Under the pieces are notes generated by a model, which was given only the letters and a program-made list of their open reading frames with translations, ran no database searches and was not told the origin of the DNA. The translations under genes were made by a program, and so were the position numbers. A stretch of DNA of 63,840 nt, counting the filler, from Pelomyxa schiedti (Eukaryota > Protista > Evosea): assembly GCA_020536535.1 (NCBI GenBank). It is 8 parts of 8 records of this genome, joined end to end, with 100 filler letters (N's around TTAATTAATTAA, not from the genome) between each part and the next. Parts side by side here need not be neighbours in the genome. Positions count along the whole stretch, not along the records: positions 41,442 to 52,277 come from JAHLWZ010000551.1; positions 52,378 to 58,144 come from JAHLWZ010001474.1; positions 58,245 to 59,673 come from JAHLWZ010002511.1; 5 more parts are not named here. One strand, written 5' to 3'. Within the stretch, counting starts at the first letter, position 1, and the number at the start of each line of letters is the position of its first letter. Of the stretch, positions 48,101 through 59,068 are shown in pieces.

Positions 48101-49031
48101 CGATTGTAAACGGCATTCCCGTGAAACGTGCAATACAAAGACTAGAAATAGGAGGTCGTGACATAACAAGCTATTTAGTTACATTACTTACCGAAGATCA
48201 CGTTTGTCTTCCTGCGTTATGTGCATCTCTAATCATCCAACAACAGATTCTCCTTGGCTCTACAAGTGCGGAACGTGACATTGCTCGTGATATTAAGGAA
48301 ACTACTTGTTATATTCCTCTCAACTACCAGTTGGAACTTAAAAAACCGCTGGACAGACTTGTAACAGCCTACAGGATGCCTGATGCAGAGGTCAGAGCGA
48401 ATTATCTTTCCATAACAGGGAAAATTAACATAAACCAGGTTGTTCATGTAACAAAATCCCGTTTCATGTGCGCAGAGCCGTTATTCAATCCAACATTGCT
48501 TGGGAAAGACACCTTGGGACTCCCTGTATATAATTACATTCGCACCCATTATCTTGCTTATATTTAACAGCAAATGATACTTGAGAGCATTAACGGCGTT
48601 GATTCAAAGGACAGACAATCAATGCTACCTAACATTGTTCTTGCCGGAGGCACTTCCCTGTTTACCGGTATTCCATTCCATTCCCAACAAGCAAACCGCC
48701 AACCATTCCCCCAAAAAAGGATTCAAAGAAAGAATCGAGCAGGACCTAAAGCAGATGATGACTCCGCAAGACCGCACCCTAATGAAACTATTTGCGCCGG
48801 AAAACCGCAAGTTTTCCGTGTGGCTAGGTGCTGCCCAAATGGCTGCCAACCACGAGACCTTCTGCAACCTCTGTGTATCCAAAGAAGAATTCGCCGAGAA
48901 AGTATGTCCCATAGAAACAACAACCAACAAAGTAAAACGCGCAGACCAAACACAGCACTGTCTCAACAACACAATAACTAACAACAACAAACCAGGGTGT
49001 AGAGTTATGCATGTCCCAGTTCGACTTTTGA
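45181..49031 (+). CDS. fia: IST1 domain + 2 filamin (Ig) repeats + Pro-rich linker + actin domain (filactin-like), multi-exon, spans a spurious gap
   Basis: IST1: [13 protein letters not shown]...[18 protein letters not shown]. Filamin: [33 protein letters not shown]. Actin: [44 protein letters not shown]. Phase-compatible splices join all parts. Confidence 0.88.
47646..47744 (+). repeat. Duplicated contig overlap across the 47546-47645 gap (assembly artefact)
   Basis: agaggaagccaaagc...gtctggcacca occurs immediately before and after the gap. Confidence 0.9.
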
Positions 49032-49099
49032 TTGCACAGAACCGCGGAGAGGTGGTTTTCGAGGAAGCCATCAATACAACTTCAATAAAAATAAAAGGA

Positions 49100-50150
49100 A
49101 TGCCAAGACGATACACAGTACCGTTTCACTTTTTATTGTTGAGTCTTGAATCTGAGTAACGGGAACCAAGGGATGTGGAACCCTGTGTGGAATATCGACT
49201 GTTGTTGCATTTTTCGGAATGGTGATGCTGGGGCTTGGAATTGCCCTCACTCTGTACAACGCCATATCATTTATAGGTTACGTTTCCTGCCACTTACTCT
49301 CAGAACAGCGGCTTGCCTCTTCACCAATTTATTATAAAAGCGGAAACAATGATGAATTATTATCTTTCCTTTTCTAACTTTGAGATAGGATTCAGTGGAG
49401 AATATAGCGGGAAGTTATCCCCAACTGGAGCATACTGGATGCTTATTATCGGTATTTGGGGACCGGAGGTTTTTCGTTTGTTTGGATTGATTGTGTGGAA
49501 GCGGAGCATGTTTTTTGTGGCATTCACAGAGGACCATACTTGTCAAGTAACAGCTTTTCCCTCATTTCACTTCTAAGTCCAATGAACCATCTAAGCCTTG
49601 CAGTTATGTTGTGCCTCCAAAGCTCCCACAGACTCGACTAAGAAGTGGGTGCCAATCGTTGCCAGTTTTATCATTATAATATACCCTTGGATTTTGCTTG
49701 GTGTTGCAGCCATTAACTTACTTATCATGCCGAAAGTAGGTGAAGAAAGTTCTTTTACTAATTTTGGTGCACTTATCGCCATACAATCAGGCTGCTGATG
49801 TTAGAGTGCCAGTTGGACCACAGGTCGTAGCAACTATCTACCCTGCTTTTTGTTTTTCTTGTACTTTTGCCTCAATGCATTATTGTGAGCCCCTTTGCTA
49901 TTATTATGATCTTGCGAATATGTTAACTCTCCAAAGCATCTATTGCCGAACTTGGCGGATGCAGTCGCTCCTGCCGAGTATGGAGGGGCAGAATACTTGC
50001 ATGGGCAACATACACAATGACAAAGTTCTTCTACCACCACACATGTGACTTCTTCCCAGATACTGGGTCGGCTGTGGACTTCACCACAGCCAGTGCCTAT
50101 TCCTCACTATAAAAATGAACACTTTCACTTGTCCTTTACATCATTGATGC
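49100..50150 (+). CDS. Hypothetical multi-pass membrane protein; exon structure and end uncertain
   Basis: Spliced hydrophobic segments GISTVVAFFGMVMLGLGIALTLYNAISFI, AYWMLII and VPIVASFIIIIYPWILLGVAAINLLIM. Confidence 0.45.
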
Positions 50151-50159
50151 TTATAAGCA

Positions 50160-51250
50160 TCAAAGAGAAATTACTTCTGATCCCTGGTCACTGTTGTCCC
50201 TCAATGTTTGGTGGAAATTGACCAAACAAATCTTGATGTGCCTGGACAGTTCTGGAATGCCAATCCCACTTTTGGTGTTCACAATGCTTACAGTGTAAGA
50301 AAAGAAGGGAAAACTACAACATACAAATTTTTGTAGTCTCTTGTTTTTGTCAGATCCTGATCATTAATCATGTTAGTAATGCTACTGCAAAGTTTGTGGA
50401 AATAACCTTAATGATAGTCTTTATGTGAGGGTCTGTCCATTCATCTCCTATTTTTGTGTTTCCGACCAAGATGAGTTCACAGGTAGACGGACAAAATCTT
50501 TGTCTTTCTTGGTATTTTGTGATGAGCCAGTGGTTTGAAACCTCAACACATCTGTGATCCATTCCAATAGAGCCTCAGCAGAAGACAAGGTATGGTCATA
50601 AACAAGCAGACATACGGCACTATTGCGGAAATGAACACCTATACAACCCATGGTTACAGAAGGCCAGAGGAAACACTAGATGACGCACTGGGTACAGATT
50701 CAACACAACCGTGAGGTGGCAGATCCCACTGAGATGTCAGTAGAAAAGAAGAGAAATGTTGTGGAAAAATACTAGATCAGCGGTACAATTAATGTCCTCA
50801 AGGGTCAATTGCCTCTGTGTTTCATACTAAATTATTAGTTTAGAAGTAAGTGTAAAAAGTTATCAGAACATGTCGAGGAGAATCAACAAATTCTCCTTCC
50901 TGGGTACATCATCAGTGGGAACCAAAGAAACAACACATTTTCTCACCAGCAACTGGTGAAAGAGCGATGTTTTCCCAACTTGCGGGTCTACAAAAAATGG
51001 TGGGCACACAACTGAGGAAAAAAAACAACCCACCACCAGCAATGCAAATCTTTGCCTCGATGGGTTCTGTAGGCCTCGGCAAGACTAGGTCCTCACCAGG
51101 GACCAGCCGTGGGGACATCAGCGACTCGCCGGCCCCCCACCGGTTCCACTGGGTTATCAGTGGTGAAGTGCACCGTGGCGAGGAGCTTGGTGATGGGGGC
51201 AGCTTCTTCCTGCACCCGGAAAAGCATGATGTCGGGCAACTCTGGCCCAT
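50160..51250 (-). CDS. Divergent Rab/Ras-like GTPase with an N-terminal MG..C extension and no C-terminal cysteines
   Basis: KICIAGDPQVGKTSLF (after splicing), WDLPPHG, HFRNSAVCLLVYD, LILVGNTKIGD, VNTKSG; ends ...GSEVISL*. Confidence 0.7.
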
Positions 51251-51496
51251 TATTATTTTGGCAATGCGGGCTGTTTGATTAACAAGGCTGGGTTTTCTCG
51301 CGTGTTTAACTTGGTTTTTCCCTACAATTGCTGTGGATTGTGGTTGTACCCCTGGTCAGGGTTCTTATGGTTGTTTTCCTTGTTTCCGTTTTGCCCGCTT
51401 TTTATTTGTATTCTGTGGTGGTTAGACTGGAGTGTTAGGGTAGAAAAGGGTACCGGGTTTGTTTTTGTTGCTCCTAGTGGCGAGGAGGATACTACT

Positions 51497-52277
51497 TTAG
51501 GTTTCTTTGGGTTCGTTGGTTGTACTATTTGCTTTGTGTTCTGTATTGGGTGAGAAGAACGATAATCTCAGGCAAGCCACAATTACCGTTGGTGTGCTGG
51601 CCAGGGGCAACCTAATATATGTCAGACCGGTATTCTGAAATGGGGTTTGTGCAAACCGTTTCGGCTTTCCGGTTTCCGGCGTTTTACTGAGTGTTGGAGT
51701 GTCAGAGGCGCCTGGGCCGAGTTTTCTTTTTTGTGGGCAATTCTTATGCGGTGTTTCATTGCTTGTGTCCCGTTTCTTCTTGGTCGGGATGCTTAGTATA
51801 GTTGTAGTACTTGTCAATGCCGGTACTGACGGCGTTTCACTGGGCTCGGCTTGTTTAACTGATTCAGGAATTTGGGTGGCCTGTGTTCAAAAGTGTTAAT
51901 GAAAGTTGGAGATGAAGGATGCGGTGCCTTTTCTTCCACAATTTGTTGTACAACAGGTTTTTGATCGGCTTGTGTTGTAGGGATTGCTTCTTTAATGGAT
52001 GTTGGTTCTTGTTGCACCACCGGTGCAGTTACTACTGGAGAGGTCCGAGGTAAATGAATTGCAAGAGCGGAGCTTTCTTCCGGAACCAAGTTTCCAAGGA
52101 GAATCTCTTCTATTCTGGTTGCGGCACTCTCTCTGCCTGTGTGCCACCCGATCTTAGCTTTTGCTTTTTCAAGAAGTTCTGTGGCGGACTTATCTGAGTC
52201 GATGGAACCCACTTCAGGCAGTGGCGGTGGCTCATACACCCTTATATGAAGGAGAAGTTCGGCAATCTGTTCACCAC
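51497..52277 (-). CDS. Hypothetical low-complexity basic protein, partial (5' in gap, 3' end uncertain)
   Basis: ORFs 51814-52239 and 51497-51817 are joined in frame by a 47-nt GC-AG intron; KKKR and KRK clusters. Confidence 0.5.
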
Positions 52278-52377
52278 NNNNNNNNNNNNNNNNNNNNNNN
52301 NNNNNNNNNNNNNNNNNNNNNTTAATTAATTAANNNNNNNNNNNNNNNNNNNNNNNNNNNNNNNNNNNNNNNNNNNN

Positions 52378-52616
52378 GTGGTGGACGAAACGGTAACCTC
52401 GAGGAGAAACGATTTGAGGGTGGGGAGGACGAAGTCGGACCACAACAGATCGCGGACGAAGTGGTGGGCGTGGTGGGGTCCCATAATCGCGAGCAGTGCG
52501 CCGTGGCGGCCGCACCTGGGGTGGCAGCCAGTGGCGAGTGCTGCCATTTGGTCCCTCGTTGTTATGGTGGGACCGTCACTGCTAAAATCGATTGGACCAA
52601 GAGCGACGTTCGACAT
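52378..52616 (-). CDS. Family 1 protein, N-terminal fragment (rest in gap)
   Basis: SDGPTITTRDQMAALATGCHPRCGRHGALL...FVRDLLWSDFVLPTLKSF; close paralog of 55059-56531. Confidence 0.8.
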
Positions 52617-52675
52617 CGACTGGAGGGTGATGGGACTGAAAGTTGCGTCTTCAGGGAAATCAAAAATCAAGGTTC

Positions 52676-54905
52676 ATGTCGTACAACAACACCCACAATG
52701 GAGACTCAGCGGCCGCACAACACGCAATTGCGGTGTCACGAGTTGTGTGGGACTGGGTCGTGGCACCAGGGTGGCTCCTCGGCACCACCAACCCGTCCGT
52801 CGCCCTCAGCACAACACCCGAGGACATCGACCGGGCGTCTGTTGCACTGTACCGAGTGGCAGGTGGGCTGTTCCCGCTGGTCCCGAGGGCGTGCGCCTTC
52901 GTTGGTCGCATGTTCCCGAGGGTGTCTCGCTATACCAGGCTAAGGTGCGCCGCCTGTGCCCCTGCTCCATCTTGCATCACGTGGATAAAATCGCACCTCA
53001 GTGCCGATTGTGGGATGATGCCGATGATGGTTGCTTCAAGGTAATTCTTAAACGTCAATAAGAATCCAAAAATAAATAAGATAAAGCAATGTAAACTACT
53101 ACCAGATTAAACGTGCGCACGACCAATTGAATTGCACAAAAAAAAACACAAACAGAAACGTAACTAACACACACTGTGATAGGAAGAAGAAAGAGTGTGT
53201 TGCAGTTCTGACAGGGCTTCTGTGCTGTGGCCATGTGGACTTGGCTGTGGGGCTTGTGAATGGCACGCCGACATGGTCCCATTACAAGTGCGGAGTGACA
53301 TGGCCAGGGGCACCGGGATCACCAGGGGATGCTGACATGAAGGAAGACATCAAGGGGTGCAACTGGTACAACTCTCGTCTGTGCCAGTCCAGTGACACAC
53401 CACTCGAGTCTGTCAAGTGGATTGTGGGGTGGCTTGGGATGAGGGAGCCTTGGCACTTGGTCCAATTAGCAGTGACAGCCATCGTGTGTGGGAATGTGCC
53501 AGTGGCGCAGTGGCTGGTGATGGAATTTGGCCTGGAAAGAGTGCTGACTGGGACAAATGGTGTTGCTTCCTTGTGCGCGCGGAGCAAGAGCCCAATTCTG
53601 CTGAAATGGTGGCTTGAGAACTTCTCACTGCCAGATGGAGAAGACAAGAAAGAAGTTTTAAGGTACTTGGTGTGCAATGAATTCAGCTCCATTGAGCTGT
53701 GCCAGTGGGTGAAAAAGCAGCTGGAAATAAAAAGTGATGTGACTTTGTCAGACCTGGACTGGCCAAACAACCCACAGTGCTTGAGATGGGCAATTGAAGA
53801 GTTTTCACTTTCCCTGACAGAGGACTTTTTAAACCGTGCCTGCCAGTTTTGTTGTGACCTTGAGGTTGTCAAGTGGATGGTGATACACAAGTCAGTCACA
53901 CCAACACCGGAAACCTGTCTTGGGGCATGTTGCTGCAGGAAAGAGAATTTGGAGGTTGTGAAGTGGTTATCACAGAGAGTGGCCTTATCACCTCGTGACC
54001 ATCAAGTGTCACTGCTGTGGGCATTGTCATGCAGCAACACTGACACTGCTGACTGGCTTGACAGCACTTTCCATGTGATGAACGTGGTGAACTCCACTCC
54101 TGGTTCTGCTGGTTCCCTGTTCACCAAAATGCTCCGCAACATCAGAGGTGATTCTCACTTGCATGGTGTGCAGTGGTTCCTGCAACACGTTGATGTTACT
54201 CAACTCCAAGAATCGTCAGCAGCAAGAGAAGCAATCCTTGAAACAAGGAACGTGGAGGCAGTCTTCTTGGTTCTGAAGGCCTGCCACATTTCTCTTCAGG
54301 ATAACACGGAAGTTCGCCGCCACGTTCTTCAAACTGCCTTGAGGAGTGGATCCATGAGTGATGTGAGGCGTCTTCAAAGCCTTGTCACACTGTCGGCTGA
54401 TGATATCAAGTGCACAAGGGTGAATGGAACCTCCAGCAAGACAGTGAAGTGGGTTGTGTCACAAGTTGGAGTGGAATACTTCAAGGAACAAGGCATCCAC
54501 ACAGTAATACTCGATTCCTGCATTGACCGTCGTAAATCACACTGTTTGATTTGGTTGATGGAAACATGGGGGCTGCAGCTCCATGAAGTAATTTGCCCAT
54601 TCGTACTTTCCAGTAACCCCAAGATCATTTTACTTAAAAAGATCTTTCGGACTGTAGAGAGAATGCCATTGCCCTGGAACATTGACCTCAACACATGGAA
54701 GCTGATAATCAACAAGTTCTCTCCCACACAAGAAGAAGCCATGGCCGAGGCACGTTTCGTGGAAGTAGTCACTTCACAGCCAGCCATCACAGAGTGGAGC
54801 ATCACCAGGTTCTCACTGTCGCAGACCCAGGTCATGGAATACATCTCCAAACTTGATTACATTCCCAGCCTTGTCAGAGTGTGGCTGGCCTGCCACAATC
54901 TTTGA
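52676..54905 (+). CDS. Family 2 protein with degenerate ankyrin-like helical repeats; one intron at 53041-53182
   Basis: VSRVVWDWVVAPGW N-terminus. Repeats such as AIVCGNVPVAQWLVMEFGL, ACQFCCDLEVVKWMV, ACCCRKENLEVVKWL, ALSCSNTDTADWLDSTF. Confidence 0.85.
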
Positions 54906-55058
54906 CTGAACTTTGCAACCTTGGTACAAGAGTACCTCTGGTCCACAACCTGAAACGCGCTCCTGCGCATTTCCCAACTTGGTGGTTCAGGGCAGTATTG
55001 CGTGATGTTGTACAAAAATTAAATATCAATTGCAATTGAAAGACTGCCCCCACGCACT

Positions 55059-56531
55059 CTAGTACTGGGAGGAGGAGAGAAAACAGGAGAAGGGTGTGGT
55101 CATGAGACTGACCCGTCTCTTGAATCCAGGGAAGTGAATGGTGAGAACTGTGTTCCCGTGGAACGGCTCGAGCACAACAATCCGGTCACTGAGAACCTTG
55201 AAGATGAACCCACCCTGTGCTGTAAACCTACACTGTGATGTTCCTCTCTCACCAGTAAGCACAAGTGTTGGGTGGTTTACATCATCGCAGTGATAAACAG
55301 CAAGCTTTTTCACCTGCAGGTCACTGGTGCGGAACGACACACAGAACAGCGAGTTTGTGACACGATTCACCTGATCCACCTTGAAACCATCCAGAAGTGG
55401 AATTTGCTGACATGAACCGGTTCCCTCTTCCACACAGAACAACACAGAGGCAGACCGATCCCAAAAGCTCTGCACAATGAAAACCCTTGACACACCATCA
55501 CCACAATCACCACCGCAAGAGGAGGAACAATTATCGCCCCGCGTCCTCCTCCTCGTCGCCCTTATGCTCCTCCTCAGAACATAGGCACGCAGAAACGAGT
55601 GGCCACTTGGAACCTCCCACTTTGTCGTGCTCAGAACCACCAGGCTCTTCCCGCCACTGTAAGTCCTCTCCACGTCCACAACAACAATCGCCGCCGCACT
55701 CTCGGTGTACTGCGTGATTATCGCCTCGCCAGCAGAGCACTCGTCCATCTGCACGTGCAACCCAGCGTGTGGCATCGTAGCCGTCGCAACAACAACTGGC
55801 ATGTTCACAACTACGAACCCTCCACCACTACCACCACCACAGTCATCTCCTTTGCCACCATTATCACGATCACGATCATCACCGCTGCCACCGACAAGTG
55901 CACCACCAATTGGCACGATGGCAACAGTAACTGCAGTTGCAGCAGCAACAGGAAAAAACGTGATCGGCGGCTTCCCATAACTCACAGACACAGATGCAGT
56001 GACGCCCCATTTGGAGTTTGCGGCCCATGACTGGCCGCTTTGGTGCTGCTGCCCACGTGGCGCCTTTGGAGGGGCCAGGACGACCTTGGTTTTGCCTGGC
56101 AGGTTGTAGACCGTGACGTCGGAGTTGCCGGAGTGGTCGAGCTCGGCGGTGTGGGTCGCATCGACGAAACGGCCGTAGTGGAAGCCGCCGTAGGGCATGC
56201 GGGCAGGCCCGCGGAACAAACTGAAGAGCACGGGGGAGAGCACCAACGAGAGGATTATGGGAGTGTCGCTGCCAGGAGACGCGGTGGAGGAAACGACAGC
56301 GTCGAGGATGAACGACTTGAGGGTGGGGAGAACGAGGTCGGACCACAACAGATCGCGGACGAAGTGGTGGGCCTGGTGGCTGGGTCCCATAATGACGAGC
56401 AGTGAGCCGTGGCGGCCGCACCTGGGGTGGAGACCCGCGGCGAGTGCCGCCATTTGGTCCCTCGTTGCTATGGTGGGACCGTCACTGTACATATCGACTG
56501 GAGGAAGAAGATTGATGGTTGTCCTCGACAT
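55059..56531 (-). CDS. Family 1 hypothetical protein, intronless (490 aa)
   Basis: TRDQMAALAAGLHPRCG, WAANSKWGV, VVDVERTYSGG..VVLSTT, GGFIFKV..IVVLEPFHG. Confidence 0.85.
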   Translation of the reverse strand: MSRTTINLLPPVDMYSDGPTIATRDQMAALAAGLHPRCGRHGSLLVIMGPSHQAHHFVRDLLWSDLVLPTLKSFILDAVVSSTASPGSDTPIILSLVLSPVLFSLFRGPARMPYGGFHYGRFVDATHTAELDHSGNSDVTVYNLPGKTKVVLAPPKAPRGQQHQSGQSWAANSKWGVTASVSVSYGKPPITFFPVAAATAVTVAIVPIGGALVGGSGDDRDRDNGGKGDDCGGGSGGGFVVVNMPVVVATATMPHAGLHVQMDECSAGEAIITQYTESAAAIVVVDVERTYSGGKSLVVLSTTKWEVPSGHSFLRAYVLRRSIRATRRRTRGDNCSSSCGGDCGDGVSRVFIVQSFWDRSASVLFCVEEGTGSCQQIPLLDGFKVDQVNRVTNSLFCVSFRTSDLQVKKLAVYHCDDVNHPTLVLTGERGTSQCRFTAQGGFIFKVLSDRIVVLEPFHGNTVLTIHFPGFKRRVSLMTTPFSCFLSSSQY

Positions 56532-56590
56532 TGTACAGCAAGTGGACGGAAATCGAGTTCTCTGAATACATCAAACAGATCTTGCACTGG

Positions 56591-57895
56591 ATGTCGTCGG
56601 TGCCACATTCACCAATTGCAAAACGACGCAGAACAACCAACACCACAACAAAAAAACAACAACGTCCACAGTGGTTGGGAGACGTGGAGTTGTGCCGGGG
56701 AAACAGAGCACGTGAGCAGGTGATGGTGCTGGCTGTGGCTGTGACATCACAAAGATGCGGTGCACACTCGCCAGCCGCGATTATGGGTGGCTACATCTTG
56801 CAGCAGCTTTGGTGTGACTGGGTCATTGGTTGCTCACGATTGTTTGTTGTCAGAGTGCTTGTGGCACAAAACTGGAATAAAAAGCAGGTGTGCTGCGATG
56901 TGATAGTTGGTGTGTCAGTGCATCTGCTGGGAATCACGCAATTGTGGGTTAGGGATCATGAAAAACCAGAGGGTTGGTTTGGTGAGAACAACGGCACTCT
57001 TTTCTGTGATGACGAGGATGACGAGGGGGGGTTAACACACATCTCAAGCGTCTGCAACGGAATTCCACACTGGAATGAGGATGTCTTTTGTGCGAAAAGC
57101 AAGGATTGGGAGATTTGGAAAGCTGATGAAAGAGAGGATGACACCTTTACTGTTGTGGAAGTTTCCTCCTGGACAGGTGTTGAGGTTGCCCTTCCTCAAG
57201 ATTACTTGTGCTATGCCGACATTGAGTCCATCACCCTTAGTCATGTGAATCCATCACGAGCAGTACTTCTTTTGAAGAGCACAACTGAGGCAACAACACA
57301 GCACAACCTACTGGCCGTTGTTGACGTTCCCCAAACATATGCCACTGGAACCCTGAAAGTTTTGAGCACCACCAGATGCACCTTTCCACCAAGCACTGTG
57401 GAACTCTGCAGAGAAACTGCCGTGGCAATGAAATGCACAAGTGGCCAAATTGTGTTCATTGTCGAGAAGATGTATGATGACTCAAAATCAGAAGTGGCGT
57501 TTTCTGTGCAACAATCATCAAGCAGTGGTGGTCTTGTCCACGGTCTCTACAACGACCTGAACATCGTGAACGAAAAGCGATGGGCCAGAATGTTGTGGGA
57601 AGTGACTGAGTCATTGTTCTCAGTCTACAACCCCGTCCTTTCAACAGTGGATGTGTGGGACTGCAATGACCTCATCGGTGGTGCCACTGGTGCCCATTGG
57701 GAATCACCCAAGCCAAAGACCACCATTGAGCATGTTAGTGCTGCTCCCATTGCAGGTGGTGGGTTCATCTTCCATGTCACATCTGACACACTCCAAGTGG
57801 TTGAACCATCATCAGGCCTTGTTGTTGCTGTTATTACATTTGCTTTGCCTGGTTGTAATGTTATACTTGCCCGTTATGACATTGCTGATCACTGA
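56591..57895 (+). CDS. Family 1 hypothetical protein, intronless
   Basis: AREQVMVLAVAVTSQRCGAHSPA, LWCDWVIG, VVDVPQTYATGTLKVLSTTRC, VWDCND, GGGFIFHV..VVEPSSG; first ATG at 56591. Confidence 0.85.
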   Translation: MSSVPHSPIAKRRRTTNTTTKKQQRPQWLGDVELCRGNRAREQVMVLAVAVTSQRCGAHSPAAIMGGYILQQLWCDWVIGCSRLFVVRVLVAQNWNKKQVCCDVIVGVSVHLLGITQLWVRDHEKPEGWFGENNGTLFCDDEDDEGGLTHISSVCNGIPHWNEDVFCAKSKDWEIWKADEREDDTFTVVEVSSWTGVEVALPQDYLCYADIESITLSHVNPSRAVLLLKSTTEATTQHNLLAVVDVPQTYATGTLKVLSTTRCTFPPSTVELCRETAVAMKCTSGQIVFIVEKMYDDSKSEVAFSVQQSSSSGGLVHGLYNDLNIVNEKRWARMLWEVTESLFSVYNPVLSTVDVWDCNDLIGGATGAHWESPKPKTTIEHVSAAPIAGGGFIFHVTSDTLQVVEPSSGLVVAVITFALPGCNVILARYDIADH

Positions 57896-57899
57896 AACC

Positions 57900-58989
57900 C
57901 CTTTTCTTGGTTTCAACAACAAAAAAACCAATCCTAATCCAGGGTCCCATTTTGAGCTCAACAGGTACCCGAAGTCACCTTGCCAGAGTCTCTTTGAGAT
58001 CAACTGGAACAAAGCCCAATCAATGTGAAAGTGATGACTTCCCGAAAAAGGGAATCACAGAGTCAGCCCTGAGCAACCCTCAGAAGTCGGACAACTTCTG
58101 GGAATTCAATGGCACATGACGCTGTGCTGTGCGTCCACTGAATANNNNNNNNNNNNNNNNNNNNNNNNNNNNNNNNNNNNNNNNNNNNTTAATTAATTAA
58201 NNNNNNNNNNNNNNNNNNNNNNNNNNNNNNNNNNNNNNNNNNNNTGAACCGCAACGGAGCGTCTGAGGATTTAATGTGGTCTCCCAACTTTTCCCTCAAC
58301 AACTTGCTCGCACCAGAGCCTTCAACGCCACAACCAGCATCACAAAAAAGGCTCCAACCTTTCACCAAACGGCCATTCCACAGCAATGGCAAAGTGCCAG
58401 CTCCATAGCTAATCTCTGTTCCATCACCCACCATCCCACGAGCAAGCTTCACATGGCCACCAGCACACAGACCAATCGACACCGCTGTCATCTCCTTGAT
58501 AATCACCTCCTCAGACCTGCCAGCTCCACCTGCGCTAACATAAACAGCCGAAGGAGATGATAACCCAGGCACAGTAGAACCATTATTCAGGATACAACCA
58601 GACACATGAGAAACATAAGCATTCGAGATGGCAACAGAAACCGGAGTAGAACACAACACCCTGAATCTGCTCCTGTGTTCTATGAGCCATGCAACACACG
58701 AGGCACTGGGAACCGCGGCCGCACTTGCAATTGCGTCATAAGACCGAAATTGGTAGCCATCCCTGTCGCGCATCGAAAGTACCCTCGTGCAAACCAGTCC
58801 CACAAGTGGGAACATGGCCTCCGCGGCGCCGAACAGGGCCACCGCCGTCGGAAACACGCCCTTGTCGTCTCGCTTGAATGTGGGGTGGTCGAGCCATCCC
58901 GGGGACACGACGCAGTCCCACACAAGCCGCGAAACCCTCAGTGTCCATTCGACCATCGCCGTCGTCTTCGTGGTTGTTGGTTGCGACAT
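57900..58989 (-). CDS. Family 2 protein; N-terminus at 58245-58989, probable C-terminal remnant left of the gap
   Basis: LRVSRLVWDCVVSPGW, AVALFGAAEAMFPLV, AVSIGLCAGGHVKLA. HIDWALFQLISKRL near 58000 resembles NIDLNTWKLIINKF of 52676-54905. Left end approximate. Confidence 0.7.
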
Positions 58990-59068
58990 CAGGGTCGATT
59001 GTGGGATGTGTCGGCGCAGACACGACGAGTTAGTTTTCTCTGAAATTGAAGTTCCTGATGCGAATCAA

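Noticed and set aside
39620-49031. Three actin-fold genes within 10 kb as a duplication cluster
   Set aside because: They are too divergent from one another and a gap separates the first from the other two.
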